Notes: generated by a model from the sequence alone, not told the origin. A stretch of DNA of 64,000 bases from an uncultured Robiginitalea sp. (GCA_964461555.1 CAYWZF010000005.1:930-64929), one strand, 5' to 3'; positions 40,128-50,930 are shown, counted from the first letter of the stretch. Program-made: numbers and translations.

Positions 40128-40877
40128 TCAGGGTTTGGAATCGACAGATACAAGGTTATTCATGTACTCAAAGAGCCTGATCAGGTCCTGAGAGTCTTTC
40201 AGATCGATCTTTTCTTCTTTGAGGTAGTCTTTTACCTGCTCGCGTATGTCGGCATCGACGACCTTGAGGAAGTCGCCCCGGTTTTTCCCGAGCGACTGGG
40301 CGGTTTCTTCCCCGTTGCGCTTCAGGTAGTATTCCACAAAGTGCGAGTACTTGTTGGGGGTGGGCCGCGTGAGGGAAGTGACGGGGTGGGTACCCGGGGT
40401 GTATTTCACATTATTCTTGAAATACAGGTTGTATTTGGAGCCTGTGCTCAGTTCATACAGGTAGCCATTGCGAAGGTTCTCTTCCTTGTTTTGATACACA
40501 TGTAGCGACAATTCGGTTTGATCCTTCGCATCGATCAGCTTCAATTGGCGCAGCGCCACCAGGGAGCTGACATCGTTGTCGTACGGGGAGGCCGTATCCT
40601 TGATCTCGATCTCGTCGTTGTAGGCGTTGTGGCGGTAGAAAAAGTCGCCCACGAACTCGGTGTTGTAATAGATTTTGCAGGGTTTGAATTCCTCGTTGAT
40701 ATAGACGCTTCCCGCAGTAGGGAGGTCCGATACGATATCTTTTTTCTTCCGCATTTCTGCAAACAGGTTACCCATTTGCCCCTGTCCGTTGAATCGTTCC
40801 AAATTGACGTTGCTGGCCTGGGCTATTGCCTGTAAGGAAAGGAAGAGGGCTGAAAGGATGAGAGCAGTCTTTTTCAT
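40128..40877 (-). CDS. Secreted hypothetical protein
   Basis: Signal peptide MKKTALILSALFLSLQAIA; GSVYINEEF, RHNAYNDEIE; start moved to ATG 40877; TATATTTG at 40892-40899. Confidence 0.72.
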   Translation of the reverse strand: MKKTALILSALFLSLQAIAQASNVNLERFNGQGQMGNLFAEMRKKKDIVSDLPTAGSVYINEEFKPCKIYYNTEFVGDFFYRHNAYNDEIEIKDTASPYDNDVSSLVALRQLKLIDAKDQTELSLHVYQNKEENLRNGYLYELSTGSKYNLYFKNNVKYTPGTHPVTSLTRPTPNKYSHFVEYYLKRNGEETAQSLGKNRGDFLKVVDADIREQVKDYLKEEKIDLKDSQDLIRLFEYMNNLVSVDSKP

Positions 40878-40994
40878 AGGTTTTATTTTCTCAAATATAT
40901 AAACTCTTGGCGGGAATCTGCAGAAATCAAGGGTTTTAAGGTCATAATCTGTGTTAAAATATCCCGCTGACCGGGCATCCAGAGGTAGGCCCAA

Positions 40995-41027
40995 ACAAAA
41001 ACACCCTGCCGCAGGGCAGGGTGTTTT
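40995..41027 (-). terminator. Intrinsic terminator after the susC-susD-lipoprotein unit
   Basis: 13-bp perfect stem AAAACACCCTGCC-gcag-GGCAGGGTGTTTT, T-tract on the minus strand. Confidence 0.85.
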
Positions 41028-41050
41028 CTATTTCAGGTGTTTAAAGCGCC

Positions 41051-41983
41051 TTAGTTTACGGGCTCGTTACACAGGTTGAGCGGAATTGTTCCGGCCGGGA
41101 AGCGAGGTCCGCCCTGGGCTACCACGTTACCGCTGGGAGAGGTGATCTTGAAGAGAATCTCGCCCCAGAAGTCGCCCGGGAAGTTCCATACGGCAGAGGT
41201 GGTTCCGGCAGGGATCGTCACAATGGCGGTACCTGCACTCAGCTCATCCACACAATCGTAGTTGTTGGCTTCGTAGGGAGTACACAGACCCACTTCAAAG
41301 ACGGTGCCGTCGTTCAGGGTAACAGTGATGCCAGGCCCACCGTTACCGGTAGTAGTCTGCCATCCGTCGCCGTAGGTATCTTCCATTTCCACGATCCAGT
41401 CGCCCGGGGTGGGAGCGAATTCGCATACCACCAGAGAGCTGAAGGAATAGGGCGAAGAGTAGAACCCACCAAGGGCTGCCACGTTTCCGTTGGCACTGCC
41501 CGGCCCGAAGGAACGGCCGTCAGTCAGGGTTACAGTCATGCCGAGCGTGAAGCGGTCGCCCCCGTTGATCTGGTCAGCGGTGAGGCCGAGTGCGCTCAGG
41601 GCCTCAGCAAGGGTATAGCTGAACGTGGCCACAGGCAACCCGAAACTGCTGGTTCCGAAATCGGCAGGGGTCAGGGTGGTGCCAATGGCTACCGGTCCGG
41701 CGCTTTCATTGGCCCCATCCTCGCTGTCGTTATCCGTAAAAGCGATGGTAAAGTTTACGGTGCTCAGGGTCTCGGGTTTCTGACCGTCGAATTCGAAGGT
41801 CACTGAAGCGCTTGACGAAGTGTCAGCCTTGTTCAGCGAGGCACCTGAGCTTGATGTAATTCTCAGGAATGCCCCGGTCTCAACCCCGTCGAACACTTTA
41901 TCTATGGTCTTGTCATCGCTGCTGCAACCTGTAAGGCCGAAGATAACGAGGACGGATAGATATTTATAGATTACTTTTTTCAT
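41051..41983 (-). CDS. SusCD-associated surface lipoprotein
   Basis: Lipobox LTGC followed by SSDDK; Ser/Thr/Gly-rich beta domains; C-terminal DTYGDGW domain with four Cys. Confidence 0.75.
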   Translation of the reverse strand: MKKVIYKYLSVLVIFGLTGCSSDDKTIDKVFDGVETGAFLRITSSSGASLNKADTSSSASVTFEFDGQKPETLSTVNFTIAFTDNDSEDGANESAGPVAIGTTLTPADFGTSSFGLPVATFSYTLAEALSALGLTADQINGGDRFTLGMTVTLTDGRSFGPGSANGNVAALGGFYSSPYSFSSLVVCEFAPTPGDWIVEMEDTYGDGWQTTTGNGGPGITVTLNDGTVFEVGLCTPYEANNYDCVDELSAGTAIVTIPAGTTSAVWNFPGDFWGEILFKITSPSGNVVAQGGPRFPAGTIPLNLCNEPVN

Positions 41984-41995
41984 TGCGTGCATTTT

Positions 41996-43642
41996 TTAAT
42001 TTGATTTGACGGGAGTTGAATCGGTATCCCAGAAAACCTTGGAGGTAACTCCCGACTTTTGGGGTACGGACGAGTTGTTGTTCACAAAGTTTGCCGGATA
42101 GAAGAACGAATTGATGAACTCCCCGGGGTTTGGCTCGATGTTCGGCTGCAGGTTGCTCGGGAATTTGGTCCTCCGGTAGAAGTTGTACCCTTCAAGTCCG
42201 TTGCCGTACAGTGCCGTGAAGAACTCGCGTCCGAGTACGTTCCAGCCGCCTTCAGGGTCGTCGTCAAACGCAGCGTCGATAAGGGCCGCATGGGCTTCTA
42301 TATCGGCGGTGGTCGGAGCAAAGGACAGGTCGGCGCCCGCGTCGATGGGCCCGAAGGACACCACCTTATTCACTGATATATTCACGCCTTCAAGCATAGC
42401 GTCTTTGGCACCGGCTACATCTCCGGCAGCCAGGCGCCTTTCAGCCAGCATGAACCAGGATGAAGAGGCCAGCATGATCGGGGTTACCCCGGCTCCGCCT
42501 CCACCGCCTCCGATCAGCTGCCCGTCAAAGGTGCTGTCGTCAAACTTCCCGCCGAAGGGATAAACCCCTACGGTAGTGCGAAGGAAGCCGTCGGGGGGAG
42601 TACCCTCGTTGTTCCCGTGATCGCGGCCCCAGTAGCCGTTTGGCAGGCCACAGAAGGGGAAGCCATCGTAGTGGGTCGGGGGCTCCTGCAGGGAGCACTG
42701 CAGGGTCTCCAGGGCGGGATCAGACCCGTCCTGACCCGGAGTGACCTCATTCTGGCGGTAGTAGTAATACCGGATACGCGGGTCGTTATTCACGCTCATG
42801 TAATTCATCAGGTCAATCGACATATAGTCGGCAGCACCTCCTGAAGGGGCGTAGTTACGGCCGTACCGCGGGTGGCGGGTGTCGGGCTGAACCACGTTGG
42901 TTCCCCAGGCGAACTGGAAGTCATCGGCAGTGGCGTTGATGAAGTTACCTGAATTCACGATCGCGTCGAAAGCGGCCAGGGAAGACCCGTTGGTAGAAAC
43001 CCGGGTATTCATGAAAAGGCGCATCTTCAGGGTGTTGCAGGCCCTGATCCAGGCGTCGGCATCCCCGTCGTAGAAGAAATCGTTCTGCGGCAGGGCGGCG
43101 CTTGTCCTGTTGAAGTTGCTGATGGCCTCGTCGAGTAAACCAATGGCTACCTCATAGATGCCAGCACCGGAATCAACATTAGGGTTGAAGTTGTCAGCCC
43201 CCTGATTGGCCTCGGAAAAAGGCACATCTCCGAAGAAATCCACCAGGGAGGTGATCATGAAGGCTTTCATGAACTGCCCCATCCCGACGTGATACCACAG
43301 GTTGGATTCCTCGGCAACCGGGGTCATGGCGTTGATGTCGGTAAACATTTCGGTATAGGCTGTTTCCCAAATACCGTCGAAAGAGTTCGGCTGGTAGTTG
43401 TTCACATAGCTACGGCCGAACATGTATTCGATACGGACCAGCTGAGCGGCTGTTTCGCCCATGCTTTCCACGTTGCGTGCGAAATCTTCTTGGATGCCGT
43501 TCAGCAGGAAGTCCGGGCTCGCCTGATCAGGAGACAGGGCATTCGGATTCTTTGTCAGATCCAGGTTTGTGGTTTCGCAGGACTGGAGCATAAACAATCC
43601 CAGGGCTCCCACGACACAAAGTTTGTTAAACAATATTTTCAT
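41996..43642 (-). CDS. susD: SusD/RagB family nutrient-binding lipoprotein
   Basis: Lipobox LQSC, NPN, DFFGDVPFSEA, DPR, YNFYRRT, KVFWD. Confidence 0.9.
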   Translation of the reverse strand: MKILFNKLCVVGALGLFMLQSCETTNLDLTKNPNALSPDQASPDFLLNGIQEDFARNVESMGETAAQLVRIEYMFGRSYVNNYQPNSFDGIWETAYTEMFTDINAMTPVAEESNLWYHVGMGQFMKAFMITSLVDFFGDVPFSEANQGADNFNPNVDSGAGIYEVAIGLLDEAISNFNRTSAALPQNDFFYDGDADAWIRACNTLKMRLFMNTRVSTNGSSLAAFDAIVNSGNFINATADDFQFAWGTNVVQPDTRHPRYGRNYAPSGGAADYMSIDLMNYMSVNNDPRIRYYYYRQNEVTPGQDGSDPALETLQCSLQEPPTHYDGFPFCGLPNGYWGRDHGNNEGTPPDGFLRTTVGVYPFGGKFDDSTFDGQLIGGGGGGAGVTPIMLASSSWFMLAERRLAAGDVAGAKDAMLEGVNISVNKVVSFGPIDAGADLSFAPTTADIEAHAALIDAAFDDDPEGGWNVLGREFFTALYGNGLEGYNFYRRTKFPSNLQPNIEPNPGEFINSFFYPANFVNNNSSVPQKSGVTSKVFWDTDSTPVKSN

Positions 43643-43669
43643 GATATATCGTCTTTGTTTTAATTAGAA

Positions 43670-46600
43670 TTAAAAGGATGCTTTTACACTGAACCCATAT
43701 CTCTTCGAGCTGGGACCGTTCAGGTAGTCGAAGCCTTGTCCGAGACCTACACCAAGGCCGGCCACGTTCGGGTCGAAATTGGCGCTTTTCGGCATATTGA
43801 AGGCCTCAAACCACATGTTAAAGCCGGTGACGGTAAAGCTCAGGGAGCCGAAAGGCGTTTTCTCCAGGGCTTTGCTCGGTACAGAGTAGCCCAGGGAGAC
43901 CTCTTGCAGCCTCAGGTGCGTGGCGTCGTAAACCTGCAGTTCAGCGGGGCCGAATACCACGTTGTTGAAGTAGTAGTCGGAGTTGTTGATCTGAACAGTG
44001 TTCGGGTTGCCATCGGGGCCGTTACCCGGCAGGATGAACGAACGCTCGCGGTCAGCGGTGTCTTCGATGAGACCCCGGCCGAGCAGCGTGGCCACGGTAC
44101 TGGTCCAGATGTCGCCGCCCTGCTGGTAGTTGAGCAGGAAGCTCAGGCTGAAATTCTTGTACGAGAAGGTGTTGTTGACGTTAGCCGTCCAGTCGGGGTT
44201 CGGGTTCCCGATGATCGGCAGGCGGCCGTTTTCGTCAACTTCTTCGGCGATGTAGTTACCAGCGGCATCTACGCGGAACTCCCCGTTCTCGTCCCGGGCA
44301 ATCCGGCTACCCACCAGGGTTCCGAGTTGTTCCCCTACGATGGCGGCGTTCCCCTGGTTGGAGAAACCGGCGAAGACGATGAGGTCAGTGTCCTGTCCAA
44401 GGTCTTTCACGATGGAGTTGTTGGAGTTGAAGTTACCATTGATGCTCCATTTGAAATCACCTTCTGAGAACGGATAGATTCCGAGGTCTACCTCGATCCC
44501 TTTACCTTCAATCTTACCGACGTTGGTAGCGATTACGGTACCACCGGTAGCGGGGTCGAGCGGACGGTCTACGATCAGGTCGTTGGTGATCCGCTTGTAG
44601 AGGGAAACATCAAGAGAAACAAAGTTGTTGAACAGGCGTGATTCCAGACCCACTTCAAACTCGGAGTAACGCTCCGGCAGGATGTTCGGGTTGGCCACAC
44701 GGTTCGATACGGTGTTGGTAACCACGGTTTGCCCGTCGCCGTTGATGAAGTCCTGGGTGTCGAGGAACAAGTCAACAGAGATTGGGTATGCCGGAGCAAA
44801 ACCTGCTGATTCCCCGTAACCGCCGCGCAGTTTCAGGAAGTTGATGCGCAGGGCATCGTTCCAGGTGCCTCCCAGGCTGGTGGGCACGAACGAGAAGCTG
44901 GCCCCTTTGTAGAACAGGGAGCGGTTGGCCCGGGCCTGGTTAGATACCCAGTCGTTCCGTCCGTTCAGGGTCAGGTACAGGAAATCCTTGTAACCGAAGT
45001 CGACCTGGCCGAAGAGACCGGCGATGTTCTTTTTCTCGGTATACTGGATTTCATTTTGCAGGTCGAAGTTGAAGTGGCGCAGTACGCCAAACACGTTCTG
45101 ACCGGTAGAAGACACACCCTGCTGGTCAAAGATGGTGCTCCGGGTAGTACCTCCGGCGTTGAAATTCATATCCAGGTCTTCGGTAAGGTCAAAGCTACCG
45201 TTGAGGATGATGCTGTGGTCCCAGATGGTGTTGTTGTTGTCCCAGGTGTCGAGACGACCGCTTTGAGTGGGGGTGTCACCACTGGTACCCCCCCTGTTCT
45301 GGAAGTTGGTGTTGCGCTCGTTGTACACGTCGTAACCCAGACGATACAGCAGGTTCAGGTTTTCATTGATGTCGTACTGGAAAGACATGTTCCCGAAAGC
45401 CCGGTTGGTCAGCTGCTTGTTGCCAGAGTTGGCCACCGTCCAGCGGGGGTTCTGAATGTCGTTCCCCTGACGGTAGTACACGCTGCCTCCGGTGATCGGG
45501 TTTTCCCAGGGAAGGCCCGCAAGGTCCACAGAGATAGGCGTAAAGAACAAGTGTCCGTAAACCGACGAACCGGTTCCGAAAGAACCGTTACCGGTAGAAG
45601 CCGCCACAGGAGGCGATTTGAAATCGGTACGGGAGTAATTCATGGTACCCGACACGGTGAACTTGTTGCTCAGCTGGGCGCGTCCCCCTACAGAGAGGTT
45701 GTTCCGCAGCAGGCGGTTTCCAGGGGTAAACCCGTTGTCTTCGAGGTGGCCCCCGCTCACGTTGTACGAAATCTTGCCGTCGTCAGAAGAGCCGTTGGCG
45801 TTGATAGAAAGGTTGGTAACCGTTCCGGTGCGGAAAAAGTTCTCAACACTGTTATACGGCTTGAACTCGTAACGGGCGTTGGCCAGTTCCGGGAATGCAG
45901 CCGGAATTCCGGTAGCCGCAGAGGCAGTGGAATACGGGTGGCGGATGGTGCCGGTGGCCGGATCGAGCTGGTAAATGGACGGGAAGTTGGCAGGGTTGGT
46001 GTAGCTGGCCTGTCCGCTGCGGGAGAAAGAGGGCCCCCAGTTTGAGAAGAACCAACCGAAACGCTGGTCAAATCCACCTCCATAGGAATTCTGGTAATCG
46101 GGCAGGGAAGCGATCTCGTTGAAGAAGAACGAGGAAGTAACCGTGATCTCAGACTTCTTGGGCCCACCTGCTCCGGCGGCGCCGGCCTTGGTGGTGATCA
46201 GGATCACCCCGTTCTTTCCCTGCTCCCCGTAAAGGGTGGCAGCTGAAAGTCCTTTCAGTACGCTCACGCTGGCGATGGAGTTCGGGTCGAGGTCGAGGAA
46301 GCGGGATGAACCGTTGTTCCCGTCCACGAAGCTGTTGTCGTTAAGCCCATTCCGGGATTGCCCGGTGGTGTTACTGCTGAAGGGCACGCCGTCAACGATG
46401 AAGAGCGGCTGGTTGTCCTGGCTGAACGACTGATAGCCCCGGATGATGATGTTGGTTCCCGAACCGGAGATACCGCTCTGCTGGGTGATGTTCACCCCAG
46501 AGGCCTTACCTCTCAGTACCCGGCCGATATCACCTTCGGTCTTCTCCTCAAGATCTTCGGAGCCTACCGTGGTTACCGCGTATCCAAGGGCTTTTTTCTC

Positions 46601-46942
46601 CCTTTTGATACCCTGGGCGGTTACAACCACCTCTTCGAGGGCCTGGGTGTCTTCCGTCATCTGAACATTGATCGAGTTGGCTGCACCCACGGTCCTCGTC
46701 TCGGCACGCATCCCCAGGTAGGTGTACGTCAGCACATCGCCAACGCCGGCCTGGATGGAATAGTTTCCGTCGAAGTCCGTTTGGGTACCGGAAGTGGTGC
46801 CCTGAACAAGGATGTTAACCCCAGGCAGCGGCAATCCGTCGGCATCGGTAACCGTACCTGAAATCGTTTTGTCTTGCGCAAAGGATATCTGCGCAACCAA
46901 CGCCAAAAACAGCGTTAGGATTCCATTTAATTTTGTTCTCAT
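43670..46942 (-). CDS. susC: SusC/RagA TonB-dependent transporter
   Basis: LPGVNI..TDFDGNY, LEEVVVTA, PLFIVDGVP, VLKGLSAATLYG..GVILITTK, C-terminal YGFSVKASF. Confidence 0.95.
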   Translation of the reverse strand: MRTKLNGILTLFLALVAQISFAQDKTISGTVTDADGLPLPGVNILVQGTTSGTQTDFDGNYSIQAGVGDVLTYTYLGMRAETRTVGAANSINVQMTEDTQALEEVVVTAQGIKREKKALGYAVTTVGSEDLEEKTEGDIGRVLRGKASGVNITQQSGISGSGTNIIIRGYQSFSQDNQPLFIVDGVPFSSNTTGQSRNGLNDNSFVDGNNGSSRFLDLDPNSIASVSVLKGLSAATLYGEQGKNGVILITTKAGAAGAGGPKKSEITVTSSFFFNEIASLPDYQNSYGGGFDQRFGWFFSNWGPSFSRSGQASYTNPANFPSIYQLDPATGTIRHPYSTASAATGIPAAFPELANARYEFKPYNSVENFFRTGTVTNLSINANGSSDDGKISYNVSGGHLEDNGFTPGNRLLRNNLSVGGRAQLSNKFTVSGTMNYSRTDFKSPPVAASTGNGSFGTGSSVYGHLFFTPISVDLAGLPWENPITGGSVYYRQGNDIQNPRWTVANSGNKQLTNRAFGNMSFQYDINENLNLLYRLGYDVYNERNTNFQNRGGTSGDTPTQSGRLDTWDNNNTIWDHSIILNGSFDLTEDLDMNFNAGGTTRSTIFDQQGVSSTGQNVFGVLRHFNFDLQNEIQYTEKKNIAGLFGQVDFGYKDFLYLTLNGRNDWVSNQARANRSLFYKGASFSFVPTSLGGTWNDALRINFLKLRGGYGESAGFAPAYPISVDLFLDTQDFINGDGQTVVTNTVSNRVANPNILPERYSEFEVGLESRLFNNFVSLDVSLYKRITNDLIVDRPLDPATGGTVIATNVGKIEGKGIEVDLGIYPFSEGDFKWSINGNFNSNNSIVKDLGQDTDLIVFAGFSNQGNAAIVGEQLGTLVGSRIARDENGEFRVDAAGNYIAEEVDENGRLPIIGNPNPDWTANVNNTFSYKNFSLSFLLNYQQGGDIWTSTVATLLGRGLIEDTADRERSFILPGNGPDGNPNTVQINNSDYYFNNVVFGPAELQVYDATHLRLQEVSLGYSVPSKALEKTPFGSLSFTVTGFNMWFEAFNMPKSANFDPNVAGLGVGLGQGFDYLNGPSSKRYGFSVKASF

Positions 46943-47421
46943 TTTTAAATTATTTGAATTAGCTAACTGCGAAAATCTTAATTCTGTGTTAATAATCCAA
47001 ACTTATTTTAATAAAACTTAAAGAGCCTCCCTGTTAATTTCATCTCCTGATTTTCTGGCAGGTCTGTTTGACAGATGTGTATTTTCGGCCCCTGCGGGTT
47101 GCGAAAAATACAAGAGGGCCCTGCCGTGCCTGTCTTTCAGGGCCCGGGGTTCTGGTCCCGGGGCAGGCCGAGTTGCCGAATTTCAGGGCCTTCTTTCCTT
47201 TCAGATGCTCAGGTGGCCCAAAGGATGCGTCGGGTGCAATTCCTTATGAATCCCGGGTTCATAAATGCGTAATATATAATAAGGTATAGGGTACTGTGTT
47301 TTTGAGCTGCATAGCAGGCCGGTCGGCGGGGATTTGACTCCCTGTTCAGGTTCTGTGGCAGATGCGGAAAGGGCCCATTCGGCCCTGTTTGAAAATTCCC
47401 CTGAAATTTAATCCGAGGGGA

Positions 47422-47452
47422 TTTGAATTAAAGGGAATTATCACTACATTTG
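47422..47452 (+). promoter_or_regulatory. Canonical Bacteroidota promoter of the rpsL operon
   Basis: -33 TTTG (47422-47425), 19-nt spacer, -7 TACATTTG (47445-47452). Confidence 0.8.
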
Positions 47453-47492
47453 CCAGCCCTTAAACAAGGGTTGCTTTTATTTATAAGTATTT

Positions 47493-47867
47493 ATGCCAAC
47501 AATTTCACAATTAGTACGAAAAGGAAGGGCCACAATTACCAAGAAGAGTAAATCGGCTGCTTTGGATTCGTGTCCTCAGAGAAGAGGGGTTTGTACGCGT
47601 GTGTATACCACCACGCCCAAGAAGCCAAACTCCGCTATGCGGAAGGTGGCCCGGGTGCGCCTTACCAACGGTAAGGAGGTAAACGCCTACATCCCCGGAG
47701 AAGGCCACAACCTCCAGGAGCACTCGATAGTATTGGTTAGAGGCGGACGGGTGAAAGATTTGCCGGGTGTGAGGTATCACATCGTGCGCGGCGCGCTTGA
47801 TACTGCCGGAGTAGCGGGCAGAACGCAGCGCCGTTCAAAGTACGGTGCAAAACGCCCCAAAAAGTAA
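47493..47867 (+). CDS. rpsL: 30S ribosomal protein S12
   Basis: [28 protein letters not shown]. Confidence 0.99.
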   Translation: MPTISQLVRKGRATITKKSKSAALDSCPQRRGVCTRVYTTTPKKPNSAMRKVARVRLTNGKEVNAYIPGEGHNLQEHSIVLVRGGRVKDLPGVRYHIVRGALDTAGVAGRTQRRSKYGAKRPKK

Positions 47868-47890
47868 GTTTCACCACTTAAGCAGTAGCA

Positions 47891-48367
47891 ATGAGAAAAA
47901 GACAGGCTAAAAAAAGGCCGCTGTTGCCAGACCCCAGGTATAATGACCAGCTGGTAACGCGCTTTGTGAATATGATGATGTGGGATGGCAAGAAATCGAT
48001 TGCCTTCCAGATTTTTTACGATGCGATGGACATCGTGGAGCAGAAAAAGGCCGACCAGGAAAAATCGGCCCTCGAGCTTTGGAAAGATGCCCTTTCCAAC
48101 GTCATGCCCCACGTGGAGGTTCGCAGCCGCCGGGTCGGAGGGGCTACCTTCCAGATCCCGATGCAGATCCGCCCCGATCGCAAGATATCCACTGCCATGA
48201 AGTGGTTGATCAACTTTGCCAGAAAGCGGAACGAAAAGTCCATGGCCCAGAAACTGGCCGCCGAGATCATCGCTGCCGCCAAGGAAGAAGGAGCTGCCGT
48301 GAAGAAGCGCGTGGATACCCACAAAATGGCTGAGGCAAACAAGGCATTTTCTCACTTCAGATTCTAA
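47891..48367 (+). CDS. rpsG: 30S ribosomal protein S7
   Basis: [24 protein letters not shown]. Confidence 0.99.
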   Translation: MRKRQAKKRPLLPDPRYNDQLVTRFVNMMMWDGKKSIAFQIFYDAMDIVEQKKADQEKSALELWKDALSNVMPHVEVRSRRVGGATFQIPMQIRPDRKISTAMKWLINFARKRNEKSMAQKLAAEIIAAAKEEGAAVKKRVDTHKMAEANKAFSHFRF

Positions 48368-48373
48368 CAGAAC

Positions 48374-50500
48374 ATGGCGAGAGATTTAAAATATACAAGG
48401 AATATCGGGATTGCCGCGCACATCGATGCCGGCAAGACCACTACTACGGAACGGATCCTCTTCTACACCGGGGTAAGCCACAAGATCGGCGAAGTGCACG
48501 ACGGGGCTGCCACCATGGACTGGATGGAGCAGGAGCAGGAGCGTGGCATCACCATTACTTCGGCGGCCACCACCTGTACCTGGAACTTCCCGCTCAGGAA
48601 CGGACAGCCGACGGAAGAGACCAAACCGTATCACTTCAATATCATCGACACCCCCGGCCACGTGGATTTTACCGTGGAGGTAAACCGCTCCCTTCGGGTC
48701 CTTGACGGGCTGGTGTTCCTTTTCAGCGCCGTGGACGGGGTAGAGCCCCAGTCTGAGACCAACTGGCGCCTTGCCGACAACTACAAGGTGCCGCGCATGG
48801 GCTTTGTCAACAAAATGGACCGGCAGGGCTCGAACTTCCTGGCGGTGTGCCAGCAGGTGCGCGACATGCTGAAATCCAACGCCGTGCCGATCGTGCTCCC
48901 CATCGGTGACGAGGCCGACTTCAAAGGGGTGGTAGACCTGGTGAAGAACCGGGCCATCATCTGGCACGAAGAAAACATGGGTTCCACTTTTGACGTGGTC
49001 GACATCCCCGCCGAGATGGAAGCCGAAGTGAAGCAATACCGCGCCGAGCTGATCGAGGCGGTTGCCGAATACGACGACACCCTGATGGAGAAATTCTTCG
49101 AAGACGAAGATTCCATCACCGAACAGGAAATCCACGCCGCCCTGCGTGCGGCCGTGATGGACATGAGCATCATCCCGATGGTATGCGGCTCTTCGTTCAA
49201 GAACAAAGGGGTACAATTTTTGCTCGACTGCGTATGCCGCTACCTGCCTTCGCCCCTTGACAAAGAGGCTATTCACGGCACCCACCCTGATACCGGAGCC
49301 GACATTGCGCGCAAGCCCGACGTTAACGAGCCTTTCGCGGCCCTGGCCTTCAAGATTGCCACCGACCCCTTCGTAGGGCGCCTGGCCTTCTTCCGCTGCT
49401 ACTCCGGGAAGCTCGATGCCGGTTCGTATGTGCTGAACACGCGCTCTGGCAACAAGGAACGCATCTCCCGCATCTACCAGATGCACTCCAACAAGCAGAA
49501 TGCCATCGAGAGCATCTCTGCCGGAGACATCGGGGCTGCGGTCGGATTCAAGGATATCAAGACCGGCGACACCCTGTGTGCCGAGAAACACCCCATCGTG
49601 CTGGAGAGCATGGTGTTCCCCGACCCTGTGATCGGTATTGCCGTGGAGCCCAAGACCAAAGCCGACGTGGATAAGATGGGTATGGCCCTGGCCAAGCTGG
49701 CTGAGGAAGACCCGACCTTCCAGGTCAAGACCGACGAGGCCAGCGGGCAAACCATCATCTCAGGGATGGGCGAGCTGCACCTCGATATCATCGTAGACCG
49801 CATGCGTCGCGAATTCAAGGTGGAGGTAAACCAGGGCCAGCCCCAGGTAGAGTACAAAGAAGCCATCACCGGCCGTTGCGACCACCGCGAGGTGTACAAG
49901 AAGCAAACCGGTGGACGCGGTAAATTCGCCGATATCATCTTCACCATGGAGCCTGCCGAAGAAGGCAAGCCCGGCCTGGAGTTCATCAACGAGGTTAAAG
50001 GCGGTAACATTCCCAAGGAATACATCCCCTCGGTGGAGAAAGGCTTCCGCGAAGCCATGAAGAACGGGCCTTTGGCTGGTTTCGAGGTCGACAGCCTGCG
50101 GGTGCGGCTTAAAGACGGGTCGTTCCACCCGGTCGATTCCGATTCGCTCTCGTTCGAACTGGCTGCCAGGATCGGCTACAAAGCCGCTGCCAAGGCTTCC
50201 AAGCCTGTGCTTATGGAGCCCATCATGAAACTGGAGGTGCTCACCCCTGAAGAAAACATGGGGGATATCGTAGGCGACCTGAACCGCCGCCGCGGGCAGG
50301 TGAACAACATGTCAGACCGCGCCGGTTCCAAAGTAATCAAGGCGGACGTGCCGCTTTCTGAAATGTTCGGATACGTAACCGCCCTGCGGACCCTGTCTTC
50401 AGGACGCGCCACCTCGACCATGGAGTTCTCGCACTACGCCGAGACCCCGGCCAACATTGCAGAAGAAGTGATCAAGGCAACCAAAGGTGTAACCGCTTAA
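48374..50500 (+). CDS. fusA: Elongation factor G
   Basis: [36 protein letters not shown]. Confidence 0.99.
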   Translation: MARDLKYTRNIGIAAHIDAGKTTTTERILFYTGVSHKIGEVHDGAATMDWMEQEQERGITITSAATTCTWNFPLRNGQPTEETKPYHFNIIDTPGHVDFTVEVNRSLRVLDGLVFLFSAVDGVEPQSETNWRLADNYKVPRMGFVNKMDRQGSNFLAVCQQVRDMLKSNAVPIVLPIGDEADFKGVVDLVKNRAIIWHEENMGSTFDVVDIPAEMEAEVKQYRAELIEAVAEYDDTLMEKFFEDEDSITEQEIHAALRAAVMDMSIIPMVCGSSFKNKGVQFLLDCVCRYLPSPLDKEAIHGTHPDTGADIARKPDVNEPFAALAFKIATDPFVGRLAFFRCYSGKLDAGSYVLNTRSGNKERISRIYQMHSNKQNAIESISAGDIGAAVGFKDIKTGDTLCAEKHPIVLESMVFPDPVIGIAVEPKTKADVDKMGMALAKLAEEDPTFQVKTDEASGQTIISGMGELHLDIIVDRMRREFKVEVNQGQPQVEYKEAITGRCDHREVYKKQTGGRGKFADIIFTMEPAEEGKPGLEFINEVKGGNIPKEYIPSVEKGFREAMKNGPLAGFEVDSLRVRLKDGSFHPVDSDSLSFELAARIGYKAAAKASKPVLMEPIMKLEVLTPEENMGDIVGDLNRRRGQVNNMSDRAGSKVIKADVPLSEMFGYVTALRTLSSGRATSTMEFSHYAETPANIAEEVIKATKGVTA

Positions 50501-50509
50501 TATCGAAAG

Positions 50510-50815
50510 ATGAGTCAGAAAATCAGAATCAAATTGAAATCATACGATCACAATCTGGTAGACAAATCTGCCGATAAGATCGTCAAGACGGTCAAAACGA
50601 CCGGGGCGGTGGTAACCGGGCCCATTCCGTTGCCGACGCACAAGAAGATATTCACCGTGTTGCGTTCGCCCCACGTGAATAAGAAATCGAGGGAGCAATT
50701 CCAGCTGAGCTCGTACAAGCGCCTGCTGGATATTTACAGCTCTTCGTCAAAGACCATCGACGCCCTGATGAAGCTCGAGCTTCCCAGCGGAGTGGAGGTT
50801 GAGATTAAAGTCTGA
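50510..50815 (+). CDS. rpsJ: 30S ribosomal protein S10
   Basis: [24 protein letters not shown]. Confidence 0.99.
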   Translation: MSQKIRIKLKSYDHNLVDKSADKIVKTVKTTGAVVTGPIPLPTHKKIFTVLRSPHVNKKSREQFQLSSYKRLLDIYSSSSKTIDALMKLELPSGVEVEIKV

Positions 50816-50874
50816 CAGGCTGAGAGGCGGGGGCCAGGTGCCCTTCGCAACATGTCCGGCGCTGCGTGCAAAGG

Positions 50875-50930
50875 AAAAACGGCAACAAAAATAAATTCGG
50901 GGTCGAATCTATTTTTGACCCTGTTTTTTT
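50875..50930 (+). promoter_or_regulatory. Terminator-like hairpin with an alternative pairing in the rpsJ-rplC spacer
   Basis: CGGGGTCGAA/TTTGACCCTG stem followed by T7; overlapping alternative stem 50886-50917. Confidence 0.55.

Noticed and set aside
47493..47867. Streptomycin-resistance alleles in rpsL
   Set aside because: The PKKPNS and RVKDLPG lysines are wild type
50500..50510. No tuf after fusA, and no adk or map between secY and infA
   Set aside because: Ordinary gene order for Flavobacteriaceae as far as I know, not a lesion
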